A DNA stretch of 64,000 bases from Limnothrix sp. BL-A-16 (GTDB taxonomy: Bacteria; Cyanobacteriota; Cyanobacteriia; CACIAM-69d), in assembly GCA_041937175.2 (NCBI GenBank), contig CP166615.1:2976001-3040000 (forward strand), written 5' to 3'. Shown here piece by piece: positions 1-9,438 of this stretch (positions are counted from its first letter, which is position 1; each line of letters begins with the position of its first letter). A model generated the notes under the pieces. That model made no database searches. It was given only the letters and a program-made list of their open reading frames with translations, and had not been told where the DNA came from. Made by a program: the position numbers and the translations under genes.

Positions 1-1962
1 CTGAAGCGGTTCTGCACGGGCGGCATGTCCTTGGGTGCTCTGTCGCCGGAAGCCCATGAGGTGCTGGCGATCGCCATGAACCGGATTGGCGGCAAGTCCA
101 ACTCCGGCGAAGGCGGCGAAGATCCGCGCCGCTACACCACCCTGAATGATGTGGACGAAAACGGCTTGTCGGCCACCTTCCCGCACCTGAAGGGCCTGCG
201 GAACGGCGACACGGCCAGCTCCGCGATCAAACAGGTGGCTTCGGGACGCTTTGGCGTGACCCCGGAATACCTGATGAGCGCCGAGCAAATCGAAATCAAG
301 GTGGCCCAAGGCGCGAAACCCGGTGAGGGCGGTCAGCTCCCCGGCAAGAAGGTCAGCCCCTACATCGCCATGCTGCGGCGATCGAAGCCCGGTGTCACCC
401 TGATTTCGCCGCCGCCCCACCACGACATCTACTCGATCGAAGATTTGGCTCAACTGATCTTTGATCTGCACCAAATCAACCCGCGCGCCAAGGTGTCCGT
501 GAAGCTGGTGGCCGAAGTGGGCATCGGCACAGTAGCCGCCGGGGTGGCCAAGGCCAACGCCGACGTGATCCAAATTTCTGGCCACGACGGCGGCACGGGC
601 GCTTCGCCCCTCAGCTCGATCAAGCACGCCGGTAGCCCCTGGGAATTGGGACTGGCGGAAGTGCACAAGTCCCTGATGGAAAACGGCCTGCGCGATCGGG
701 TCGTCCTGCGGGTCGATGGCGGCTTCAAAACCGGCTGGGATGTGTTGATGGCGGCCCTGATGGGTGGCGAAGAATTCGGCTTCGGCACGATCGCGATGAT
801 CGCCGAGGGCTGCATCATGGCCCGCGTTTGCCACATGAACACCTGCCCCGTGGGTGTCACCAGCCAACAGGAGCACCTGCGCAAGCGGTTCCCCGGCATT
901 CCCGATCACGTGGTCAACTTCTTCTACTTCGTGGCCCAAGAAGTGCGACTATTGCTGGCCCGGTTGGGCTTCCGTCGCCTGGATGAGGTGATCGGCCGCG
1001 CCGATCTGCTGAAGCGCCGCGAAGATGCCAGCCTGACCAAGACCCAGGCGATCGACCTGTCGATTTTGACCAACCTGCCCGACACCCGGAGCGATCGCAC
1101 CTGGCTAAACCACAGCCCCCGCCCCCACAGCAACGATGTGGTGCTGGACAACGCGCTCCTGGGCGATGAGGACATCCAACGGGCGATCCGCTACCAAGGC
1201 TCAGTCGCCAAGACGATCAAGATCATCAACACCGATCGCTCCGTGGGCACGCGGGTTTCCGGCAACATCGCCAAGCGCTACGGCGACAAGGGCTTTGAAG
1301 GGCATTTGCACCTCACCTTTATCGGCAGCGCCGGCCAAAGCTTCGGAGCCTTCAACATCAATGGCATGACTCTGGAACTGGTTGGTGAGTCCAACGACTA
1401 CGTGGGCAAGGGCATGAACGGCGGTGAAATCATTGTCCGGCCGCCCGCCGAAGCCACCTTCGCGCCGGAACACAATGCGATCGTGGGCAACACCTGCCTC
1501 TATGGTTCAACCGGCGGCGTGCTCTACGCCAGCGGTCGGGCCGGTGAGCGGTTCGGCGTGCGCAACTCCAAGGGCCAAGCGGTGATTGAGGGCGCAGGCG
1601 ACCACTGCTGCGAATATATGACCGGCGGCACGATCGTGGTGCTCGGTTCCACGGGTCGCAACGTGGGCGCAGGCATGACCGGCGGTTTGGCCTACTGCTA
1701 CGACGAGGACGGCAGCTTCCCCGGCAAGGTGAACGACGAAATCGTCAAGATCCAGCGGGTTTGCACTCCGGCGGGCGAGGAGCAACTGAAGACGCTGATC
1801 GAAGCCCACGCCGAAAAGACCGGCAGCCCGAAGGCGAAGGCAATCCTAGCCGATTGGGCGAACAGCTTGCCCAAGTTCTGGCAGGTGGTTCCGCCGTCGG
1901 AAGCGAACACGCCGGAAGCCAGCGCCAACCCCGCCGAGGAAAAGGTGGCTGCTACGGTTTAG
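1..1962 (+). CDS. glsF: Ferredoxin-dependent glutamate synthase, 3' part (gene starts upstream of the window)
   Basis: Frame open from base 1. FMN-domain motifs [46 protein letters not shown] 3Fe-4S motif; C-terminal GXGXG repeats. Confidence 0.96.
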   Translation: MKRFCTGGMSLGALSPEAHEVLAIAMNRIGGKSNSGEGGEDPRRYTTLNDVDENGLSATFPHLKGLRNGDTASSAIKQVASGRFGVTPEYLMSAEQIEIKVAQGAKPGEGGQLPGKKVSPYIAMLRRSKPGVTLISPPPHHDIYSIEDLAQLIFDLHQINPRAKVSVKLVAEVGIGTVAAGVAKANADVIQISGHDGGTGASPLSSIKHAGSPWELGLAEVHKSLMENGLRDRVVLRVDGGFKTGWDVLMAALMGGEEFGFGTIAMIAEGCIMARVCHMNTCPVGVTSQQEHLRKRFPGIPDHVVNFFYFVAQEVRLLLARLGFRRLDEVIGRADLLKRREDASLTKTQAIDLSILTNLPDTRSDRTWLNHSPRPHSNDVVLDNALLGDEDIQRAIRYQGSVAKTIKIINTDRSVGTRVSGNIAKRYGDKGFEGHLHLTFIGSAGQSFGAFNINGMTLELVGESNDYVGKGMNGGEIIVRPPAEATFAPEHNAIVGNTCLYGSTGGVLYASGRAGERFGVRNSKGQAVIEGAGDHCCEYMTGGTIVVLGSTGRNVGAGMTGGLAYCYDEDGSFPGKVNDEIVKIQRVCTPAGEEQLKTLIEAHAEKTGSPKAKAILADWANSLPKFWQVVPPSEANTPEASANPAEEKVAATV

Positions 1963-2009
1963 GTTTGATGTTCTAGGGCGATCGGGTGTCTAATTGCTAC
2001 CCGATTTCC

Positions 2010-2055
2010 TAACCCCAGTTGGTTGCTCATGCAGGGCGATCGACTGGGGTTATTT
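2010..2055 (+). terminator. Probable intrinsic terminator after glsF
   Basis: Stem TAACCCCAGTTGGTTGCTC / GGGCGATCGACTGGGGTTA (with G-U pairs) followed by TTT, about 50 nt after the stop. Confidence 0.6.
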
Positions 2056-2157
2056 CATGTCGTGTTCGGAAATCCGTACTTTTTTCTAAAACTCTCTAAT
2101 TGTTCTGATTGCTAATTTAGGAAAAGCTTGTAAACTGCTTGATTCGGGATTGTTTTT

Positions 2158-2721
2158 ATGAGTAATAGTCAGCAGTCATCCGGTATCTGGGTTGGTCTTG
2201 CTGTCATTGTTTGGTTAGCATCTTTTTTTGTCATTAGTGTAATTGACAAATTAAATGCCATTAATCCGGATCTTTCTAAATCTCTTGTTTCGGCAGGCAC
2301 TCCAATTGTCATAGCACTAATTTCTGTAATGATTGCAAAACTTTGGGAGCAACGCCTTCAAAAACAGCAAGAGATTAGGATGAAAAAAATGCCTGTTTAT
2401 GAAAAGCAAATCAAAGATATATTGAAGATCATCCTCGCAGAGAAGTATGGCGATACAATTCCAGAACAAAGTGCAATTGAGAAAGGGTTTCTAGATTTCA
2501 CGCAAGAATTGATAGTCTGGGGAAGTCCTGAGGTCATTCAAGCTTGGTCAAGCTTTAAAACTTATGACTGGAGTAGCAGTAGCCCAAAAGATTCACTTCT
2601 GAGATTAGAAGAGTTCATGCTTGTAATTCGCAAAGATCTTGGCAACAACAACTCTATTCTTAAAAAAGGCGATTTAGTCAAGCTTTTTATTAATGACTTC
2701 CATGAGTTAGACATGGAGTAA
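2158..2721 (+). CDS. Hypothetical membrane protein (two N-terminal TM helices, soluble helical C-terminus)
   Basis: 187-aa AT-rich ORF with hydrophobic stretches at about aa 9-29 and 43-62. Confidence 0.75.
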   Translation: MSNSQQSSGIWVGLAVIVWLASFFVISVIDKLNAINPDLSKSLVSAGTPIVIALISVMIAKLWEQRLQKQQEIRMKKMPVYEKQIKDILKIILAEKYGDTIPEQSAIEKGFLDFTQELIVWGSPEVIQAWSSFKTYDWSSSSPKDSLLRLEEFMLVIRKDLGNNNSILKKGDLVKLFINDFHELDME

Positions 2722-2775
2722 TTAATTCAAGGTCAAGAAACTAGCTTGATCGTCATCATCACTTCTAGAAAAGCC

Positions 2776-3732
2776 ATGAACAATAACCTATTCTGCGGCT
2801 CTGTATCATACCAGGTTAATTGGTCTTGCTATAAACCAAGTATTAATAGAGAAGTTATAAATATTTCTCAAGATGGTCAACAGGGTGAAACCAACTTCAG
2901 AATTCAAGCATCAGAATTAAAAGTTGAGATCCTGAATGATCAGAGTCTAGAGTTTATCTTAAGTCTTAGAACTTCTTTTTTTTCATCCGATCTATCTGTA
3001 GCAAGAGAGAAGTTTGCAGATTATCAGGAATGGATTTTTGCAAATTTTGTAATGAAAACCGGTTCGATCATAGAGAGACATCAAGAATTTGTTGTGTCTG
3101 AAGTCAACCCTCCTGAGTTTAGGATTACTGGTAGTTTCTTCGGAAGTGAGTCGGCATGTTTCTTGCAAGTATACAGCTCTAGTCCCTTATCACAGAAATT
3201 CGGTGATTGGTCATTTCTAAGCCCAAATCAATTTATAGAAACTCATACAAAAATCAAAACTATTTATAAGCAATATGGATTCTGTCTTCAGTGTAAAGAT
3301 TCAATTGTGCGCTACATGCTTCTTTATAATCTGCTATTTCAAATCAATGAATATCGAGGGAAAAGTGACCGACAAGATGACGTTGATGATTTGATTAGAG
3401 AAGTCATCCAGGCAGCCAAAGACAGAGAAGAACTTATCAAAAACCAAGAAACCTATAGGCCAGATCCACCTGAAGATAAAAAGAAAACTGAAGATAAAAA
3501 GAAAAACAGAAAGCAATGTGAAACGATCTATACCTGCTTAAGGAATGAGATTGCACACAAAAGAACATGTCGAATTCTTGTATTTGATGATAAACCTGAT
3601 GAATCTGAATTAACTCTAGAGCAGACAGTGAGTGATATTAAGAATTATGTTGATTCTCTAGCAAGAATCGTGCAACTTTCTATTCTCAACCTTTCATCTA
3701 AAGCGAGTTTAGATTCAAGCGAGGAACTATAA
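2776..3732 (+). CDS. Putative HEPN-domain protein (MauJ/ApeA-like RxxxxH)
   Basis: AT-rich ORF. RNEIAH motif at 3541-3558 in a helical C-terminal domain, preceded by RYMLLYNLL. ATG 2776 chosen over TTG 2746. Confidence 0.6.
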   Translation: MNNNLFCGSVSYQVNWSCYKPSINREVINISQDGQQGETNFRIQASELKVEILNDQSLEFILSLRTSFFSSDLSVAREKFADYQEWIFANFVMKTGSIIERHQEFVVSEVNPPEFRITGSFFGSESACFLQVYSSSPLSQKFGDWSFLSPNQFIETHTKIKTIYKQYGFCLQCKDSIVRYMLLYNLLFQINEYRGKSDRQDDVDDLIREVIQAAKDREELIKNQETYRPDPPEDKKKTEDKKKNRKQCETIYTCLRNEIAHKRTCRILVFDDKPDESELTLEQTVSDIKNYVDSLARIVQLSILNLSSKASLDSSEEL

Positions 3733-3985
3733 CAAGCTGGGACGATCGGCAACTGATGCCCAGCGGTAGCCTGACGGATATTTTGGCTGAGTATTGCGAT
3801 GCGTCTCAGCGCCCGTTGCCGCAACCCGGTTATCGATTGCGCGATTATGTGCGGGTTGAGTCGGCGATCAATCCGCAATTTCCCGCCGCCAGCAATCACC
3901 GCTGCCTCAGCACTTTGAGTTGATCGCCCGTTGTCAAAGTGCTTGTGTCAAGATCGCAGTAGACGATCGAGTGGAGAATCAAGCG

Positions 3986-4396
3986 ATGAACCCAGGAGAA
4001 TTGCGATCGGCCGCACTGCGGTTATCGGTGGGCGATCGGTTGCGGCTAATTTGGGACTTGGTGCAATCACTCCTGGGGTGGGATGGGGCGATCGAGCCGG
4101 CCGCGCCCGTAGAACCCACCCTAGAACAGGCGATCGCCCGAATTGAGCCGCTGATTGACCGGGCGGCAAGTCACCAGCCGCACTACCAACCACAACTCAA
4201 GATCCGTTTGCTGGATCACTTGCGTCACACATTTGCCCAATCCCCTAACCATTGGCAAACGCTATTAGCGATGCCAGAAGCGGAGTTATCAAAAAAAGCC
4301 GCGTTGCTATTAGCCACTGAAGCCCTGCTAGCAGCCAGTGAAGACGAATCTGAGGCGGATCAGGCAGAATTACAGCAACTGATTGAAGGGCAATAA
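3986..4396 (+). CDS. Putative antitoxin (addiction-module-component-like N-terminus), copy 1
   Basis: Directly upstream of a PIN toxin. N-terminus ELRSAALRLSVGDRLRLIWDLVQSL; acidic C-terminal tail; paralog of 4831-5241. Confidence 0.65.
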   Translation: MNPGELRSAALRLSVGDRLRLIWDLVQSLLGWDGAIEPAAPVEPTLEQAIARIEPLIDRAASHQPHYQPQLKIRLLDHLRHTFAQSPNHWQTLLAMPEAELSKKAALLLATEALLAASEDESEADQAELQQLIEGQ

Positions 4397-4401
4397 ACCG
4401 A

Positions 4402-4803
4402 ATGGTTTATTTACTAGATACCAATATTGTCAGTGAGTTTTTAAAACGGGATTCTCCACTGCTAACTCAGCTTCTGTTGTTATTGGCAACTGAGTCCGTA
4501 GCCATTAGCGCCATGACCTACTATGAAATTAGGCGGGGTCTATTAGCGAAGGCAGCGCCCAAACAATTAGAACTATTTGATCGATTTTGCCAGCTTGTTA
4601 ATATTGTGCCTGTGACGCATCCCGAAATTGTCAATATTGCCAGTGAAATCTATGCAAATTTACGATCGCGCGGTTGCCTGATTCAAGATGCGGATATTTT
4701 GATTGCAGCCACGGCGATCGCCCAAAATTGGATTTTGATTTCCAATGATTCCGATCTCACACGAGTCCAAGGATTACGACTAGAGAATTGGTTGATTCGT
4801 TGA
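4402..4803 (+). CDS. vapC: VapC-family PIN toxin, copy 1
   Basis: YLLDTNIVSE, YYEI, DADILIAATA and SNDSD PIN motifs; 133 aa. Confidence 0.93.
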   Translation: MVYLLDTNIVSEFLKRDSPLLTQLLLLLATESVAISAMTYYEIRRGLLAKAAPKQLELFDRFCQLVNIVPVTHPEIVNIASEIYANLRSRGCLIQDADILIAATAIAQNWILISNDSDLTRVQGLRLENWLIR

Positions 4804-4830
4804 GCTTAAAAAGTAGTGGAGGACAAGGGG

Positions 4831-5241
4831 ATGAACCCAGGAGAATTGCGATCGGCCGCGCTGCGGTTATCGGTGGGCGATCGGCTGCGGCTGATTTGGG
4901 ACTTGGTGCGATCGCTCCTGGGCTGGGATGGGGCGATCGAATCGGCCGCGCCCGCAGAACCTAGCCTAGAACAGGCGATCGCCCGGATTGAAAAACTAAT
5001 TGACCAGGCCTTGGCAACACATCCCGACTGGGATCCCGGCTTGAAACGGCCAGTGCTCGATCGGGTGTCATCTTCCCTTTCGCAATCGCCCGATCGTTGG
5101 CGAGCCATCTTAGCCGCACCAGAAGAAACGCTTCTGAAGCGTGTGAGCCTATGGCTAGTCATGGAAACATTTAGTCAGATTACAGCCGAAGAATCCGACG
5201 CAGAGAAAGCGGAATTCGTAGCCATCATTGAGGGGAAATAA
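4831..5241 (+). CDS. Putative antitoxin, copy 2
   Basis: First ~55 codons nearly identical to 3986-4150; stop overlaps the next ATG (TAATG). Confidence 0.65.
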   Translation: MNPGELRSAALRLSVGDRLRLIWDLVRSLLGWDGAIESAAPAEPSLEQAIARIEKLIDQALATHPDWDPGLKRPVLDRVSSSLSQSPDRWRAILAAPEETLLKRVSLWLVMETFSQITAEESDAEKAEFVAIIEGK

Positions 5242-5648
5242 TGTTGGTTGGCTATCTGCTGGATACAAATATTGTGAGTGCCATTATTCAGGGCAATGCC
5301 TTAGTAAAAGCTAAGTTTCTGGAAAGGATTGTGGTGATGCCAATCGCTATTAGTGCCATTACCTACTTTGAATGTCGGCGTGGATTATTGGCGAACAAGT
5401 CGCAGAAGAAAATCCAAGCCTTTACTGATTTTTGCCAATTGGTCGATATTTTGCCGGTGACGCATCCCGAAATTGTTAATATTGCCAGCGAGATTTATGC
5501 GGATCTGCGATCGCGCGGTTGCTTAATTCAAGATGCGGATATTTTGATTGCAGCCACGGCGATCGCCCAAAATTGGATTTTGATTTCCAATGATTCTGAT
5601 CTCACACGAGTCCAAGGATTGCGGTTGGAGAATTGGTTGATTGGTTAA
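5241..5648 (+). CDS. vapC: VapC-family PIN toxin, copy 2
   Basis: YLLDTNIVSA, YFEC, DADILIAATA, SNDSD; C-terminal half nearly identical to copy 1. Confidence 0.93.
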   Translation: MLVGYLLDTNIVSAIIQGNALVKAKFLERIVVMPIAISAITYFECRRGLLANKSQKKIQAFTDFCQLVDILPVTHPEIVNIASEIYADLRSRGCLIQDADILIAATAIAQNWILISNDSDLTRVQGLRLENWLIG

Positions 5649-5708
5649 TTTGCTAACCTTGGCCCGCGATCGGCTCTTCAGCTTTGGCTCGAAATGATAT
5701 CGAGACGA

Positions 5709-7127
5709 TTAGGCTTTTTGGGCTTTGTAGAGTTGCTTAAAGCGCTCCTGCTGAATTTTGTGATCAACGATCGGGGCGGGATAACCCAATGATCGCCGCT
5801 CGATCGGGGTAATTTTTCCCGTGAGTAATGATCCCGTATCCAACCGGCGTAACTCAGGAACCCATTGGCGAATATAGTCACCTTCTGGATCAAATTTTTG
5901 GGCTTGGCTAGCGGGATTAAAAATGCGTAATGGCTTTGGATCCATCCCACTGGAAGCGCTCCACTGCCAACCACCATTGTTCGCAGAAAGATCGCCATCC
6001 ACCAGATTTTGCATGAAGTATTTTTCACCCCAACGCCAATCGATGATCAAATCTTTGGTTAAAAAACTGGCCACAATCATGCGACAGCGGTTGTGCATCC
6101 AGCCAGTTTCATTCAGTTGACGCATCGCCGCATCAACGATCGGATAACCCGTTTGGCCATTGCACCAAGCTTCAAATAAGGCCTCGTTGTTGTCCCAAGG
6201 AAAAGTTTTGAGGGGGGCGCGATAGGCTCCTTCTGAAAGTTCGGGAAAGTGATACATCACATGCTGATAAAACTCGCGCCAGGCCAATTCCTGTTGCCAG
6301 GTGCGAATACTGTTGATGGCTTCTTCGCTGCGGGCGTTGTCGAGGGCGCTGGCGCTGGCTTGCCAAATTTCCCGAATCCCGATCGCCCCAAATTTCAAAG
6401 CGGCGCTCAGGCCCGATGTGCCCTCCAAGGCGGGGAAGTTGCGATCGGGATCGTAGGCTTCAATGGCCCGCTGGCAAAAGGTTTCTAGGCGCGATCGGGC
6501 GGCGGCGGTTCCCGGTTCCAAAATCCAAGGCCCATCCCAGGGATAGCCCAGTTGGCGCGCGGTGGGCAGCGGGATCGCCTGGGTTTGGGCCCGTTCAGCT
6601 TCGGTGAGGGGCAAGAGGCGATCGGGCGCGGGAACGGGGGCTGCTTTCGATCGGGACTGCCAGTTTTTCCAAAAGGGCCCATAGACCGTGTAGGGCGTGC
6701 CGGAGCCGGTGCGAATTTCGTCCGGCACATGGAGCAGTTGATCCCATTGGGTTTGGGCGGCAATGCCCCGCTCTTTTAGGGCCACCAACAGGGCCCGATC
6801 GCGCTCCAAGGCATAGGGTTCCACGTCCCAATTCCAGGCCACGGCCACGGCTCCCAGGCGATCGGCCAAGTTAGGAATTTCCACCCTGGGATCTCCTTTG
6901 AGAATCAGGAAATCTCCGCCCCGTTCTTGATAGGCTTGCTGCAATTCTGCCAAACAACCAATCAGATAGGCCACTCGCGCAGGAGCCACATCATCCCGAT
7001 CGAGAATCCCAGGATCAAGACAGAAAACACCAACCACTTTGGGCGATCGGGCAACGGCTTGGGCTAGACCTAAATTATCGGAAATTCGCAGGTCTTTTCG
7101 ATGCCAAAACAGAATTAAGTCAGTCAT
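5709..7127 (-). CDS. phr: Deoxyribodipyrimidine photolyase (class I CPD)
   Basis: [59 protein letters not shown] motifs. Confidence 0.95.
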   Translation of the reverse strand: MTDLILFWHRKDLRISDNLGLAQAVARSPKVVGVFCLDPGILDRDDVAPARVAYLIGCLAELQQAYQERGGDFLILKGDPRVEIPNLADRLGAVAVAWNWDVEPYALERDRALLVALKERGIAAQTQWDQLLHVPDEIRTGSGTPYTVYGPFWKNWQSRSKAAPVPAPDRLLPLTEAERAQTQAIPLPTARQLGYPWDGPWILEPGTAAARSRLETFCQRAIEAYDPDRNFPALEGTSGLSAALKFGAIGIREIWQASASALDNARSEEAINSIRTWQQELAWREFYQHVMYHFPELSEGAYRAPLKTFPWDNNEALFEAWCNGQTGYPIVDAAMRQLNETGWMHNRCRMIVASFLTKDLIIDWRWGEKYFMQNLVDGDLSANNGGWQWSASSGMDPKPLRIFNPASQAQKFDPEGDYIRQWVPELRRLDTGSLLTGKITPIERRSLGYPAPIVDHKIQQERFKQLYKAQKA

Positions 7128-7230
7128 GATCTCTGTCAATGATTCAGAGTAACGGATTAAGGAAGATAGTTTCAGAGTTTGCTCCAGACCCTGAATCAGA
7201 CACTAAATAAGCCTGCCAAGAAGGAGCTTA

Positions 7231-7372
7231 GGGCCTGTCGTCATTTCCTAGGATCGGGCGGAGACGATTGATTTTCCAGGTCCCAGTCGTTGTAACAAGG
7301 GGCTTAAGCCCCTTGTCCCCCACGATTTACCAACGGCAGAATCAAGGTTTCAGGTGATTTGACGACACGCCC
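7231..7372. mobile_element. MITE family A, copy 1 (142 bp, TA-flanked, carries a REP-like palindrome)
   Basis: Ends GGGCCTGTCGTCA / TGACGACACGCCC, TA on both sides (7229-30, 7373-74). Internal ACAAGGGGCTTAAGCCCCTTGT at 7295-7316. Homologous to 12746-12930 and 23889-24076. Confidence 0.8.
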
Positions 7373-7489
7373 TAAGCTCTTTGTCTATGCCATGGATTTC
7401 GTTTTGCCTGTGGTTTAGATCGCACATTGCGGATTGCAAGACTCAGCCGCTGATCTGTACGGAACCACGGAACTTCTGAGGCAATTGGA

Positions 7490-8047
7490 TTAGTTTGATC
7501 CCGCTAGGAATGGTTTGGCTAGAAAGTAGCTGGTGACGGTTTTGGCATCAACCATCACGCCCGATCGCACCGTTTCTTCAAACACTTCAGGAGTCATCAA
7601 CACCACTTCAATATCTTCGTCGTCGTCTTGCAGTGGTGGTTTTTCTAGCTTGGTTAAATTCGTAGCCAAGAAGGCATAAATTAGCTCATCGGAATAGCCC
7701 GGGGCGATCGGGAAATCTCCCAAACAATGCCAAGTGGCGGCCGCATAGCCCGTTTCTTCTTCAATTTCCCGCCGAATGGTTTCCGCCGGATCTTCACCCA
7801 ATTCCACGGTTCCAGCCGGAAACTCTAACAAGCGCCCTTGCATGGCGAAGCGATATTGCCGCACCAACACCAGTTGCCCATCGTGGGTGACCGGCACGGC
7901 CAAGGCCCCGCCGGGATGGCGAATACATTCCCATTCCCCCTCTGCGCCGTTGGGTAACCGCAATTGGGCAACCTCAAAGGCAAACTTACGACCGCGATAG
8001 GTGAGGCGATCGCGGAGTTTGTGGGCGAGTTCGGTTCCAAGGGGCAT
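7490..8047 (-). CDS. NUDIX hydrolase (ADP-ribose pyrophosphatase-like)
   Basis: LVRQYRFA; Nudix box EFPAGTVELGEDPAETIRREIEEETGY; DDDEDI. Confidence 0.93.
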   Translation of the reverse strand: MPLGTELAHKLRDRLTYRGRKFAFEVAQLRLPNGAEGEWECIRHPGGALAVPVTHDGQLVLVRQYRFAMQGRLLEFPAGTVELGEDPAETIRREIEEETGYAAATWHCLGDFPIAPGYSDELIYAFLATNLTKLEKPPLQDDDEDIEVVLMTPEVFEETVRSGVMVDAKTVTSYFLAKPFLAGSN

Positions 8048-8066
8048 AGGACGGATGAATCGTGAG

Positions 8067-8909
8067 TTAGGCTAGGGGAATGACTGCTGAACAGTCTAGC
8101 GTTTGGGCGATTTGCGCGATCGCCCGGCCCGTGAGCGGTTCCACCCAGTCGGGGGCAATTTCCGCCAGGGGAACCACAAAAAATGCCCGATCGCCCAATC
8201 CTGGATGGGGCACCTGTAGCCGAGGCGTTTGCACCACCTGATCGCCATAAAGCAACAAATCCAAGTCCAAGGTGCGCGGCCCCCAATGCACCGTCCGCAC
8301 TCGTCCCGCCTCGTTTTCCAGAGCTTGCAGCCGATCGAGCAAGGCCTTTGGGCTGAGGGCGACCTTCAACAGGGCACAACCATTCAGAAAGTCCGGCTGG
8401 GGCGGGCCCATCGGCGGGTTGCGATACCAGCGCGATCGACCCGTGACCTGAATTCCCGGTGTGGCATCCAAAGCCGCCAGAGCACGCTCAAAGGTGGCGG
8501 CCACGTCGCCCAAGTTGCCCCCCAGGGCGATCGCACAGGGGATCGCACAGGATACTGAATGCTTGGGTATTGAATACTTGGGTATTGAATGCGTTGGCTC
8601 CCTCTGTGCCACATTCATGGAATCCGCCAAATTCTGCCCCGGAGTCGAATCATTGCTCTGAGGGCAAGGCAAAGGCTCCATCTGCGGCGTTATTTTTGCC
8701 GTTACCGGTGCTGTTAGTGGTGTTGTCGTGGGTACTGTTGTGGGTGTTGCTCTGGGTGCTGCGGTCGGTGATGTTGTCGGTGATGTTGTCGGTGTTGTTT
8801 CATCGTCCGCTGCCCGATCGCCCGTGAATTGCGCCATCGTTTCCGTCATTCGCTGCCTGTTCATTAGCCATTGATTAGCCCTACGGCTCCCGCCCCGTGC
8901 CGTTGCCAA
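8067..8909 (-). CDS. folK: 2-amino-4-hydroxy-6-hydroxymethyldihydropteridine diphosphokinase (start uncertain)
   Basis: IALGGNLGD, PQPDFLNG, WGPRTLDLDLL, PHP, RAFFVVPLAEIAP. The core domain begins near 8535; the upstream part is low-complexity. Confidence 0.88.
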   Translation of the reverse strand: MATARGGSRRANQWLMNRQRMTETMAQFTGDRAADDETTPTTSPTTSPTAAPRATPTTVPTTTPLTAPVTAKITPQMEPLPCPQSNDSTPGQNLADSMNVAQREPTHSIPKYSIPKHSVSCAIPCAIALGGNLGDVAATFERALAALDATPGIQVTGRSRWYRNPPMGPPQPDFLNGCALLKVALSPKALLDRLQALENEAGRVRTVHWGPRTLDLDLLLYGDQVVQTPRLQVPHPGLGDRAFFVVPLAEIAPDWVEPLTGRAIAQIAQTLDCSAVIPLA

Positions 8910-8970
8910 ACGGTCACCGCCAAACCGCTCCTTAAAATACCGCCGATTCTGAACTTCTCCTCAACTTCTG

Positions 8971-9438
8971 ATGAATCTTCCCCCCGATCCCTCCTGGTTC
9001 CATTTGTTGATTCGTTTAGGGCTGGCTCTGTTTGTGGGGGGAACCATTGGGATCGATCGCCAGTTGCGACACAAGCCCGCCGGAATGCGCACTCATATGC
9101 TGGTGAGTTTGGGAGCTGCCCTGTTTGCTATCATTCCGGCGGAAATGGGGGCGGGTCTCGATGCCATCAGTCGATCGGCCCAAGGTGTGGCCACCGGGGT
9201 GGGTTTCTTGGGCGCAGGGGAAATTTTACGCACCAAACGCAGCGAAGAGAAGGTGAAGGGATTGACCTCAGCAGCGGCCGTTTGGGTCTCGGCCGGATTG
9301 GGGTTCGCGGCGGGCTGCGGCTTGTTAGGGTTGGCCACCCTCGGGGCCCTGATGGCTTTCCTAGTCTTGCGCTTGAATGGGGTGGAGCGGCGTTTAACTC
9401 GCAATTTTGATATGAACGCAATTATGGACGATGACTAA
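8971..9438 (+). CDS. MgtC/SapB family membrane protein
   Basis: GIDRQ..HKPAGMRTHMLVSLGAALF, GVGFLGAG, VKGLTSAAAVW. Confidence 0.93.
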   Translation: MNLPPDPSWFHLLIRLGLALFVGGTIGIDRQLRHKPAGMRTHMLVSLGAALFAIIPAEMGAGLDAISRSAQGVATGVGFLGAGEILRTKRSEEKVKGLTSAAAVWVSAGLGFAAGCGLLGLATLGALMAFLVLRLNGVERRLTRNFDMNAIMDDD

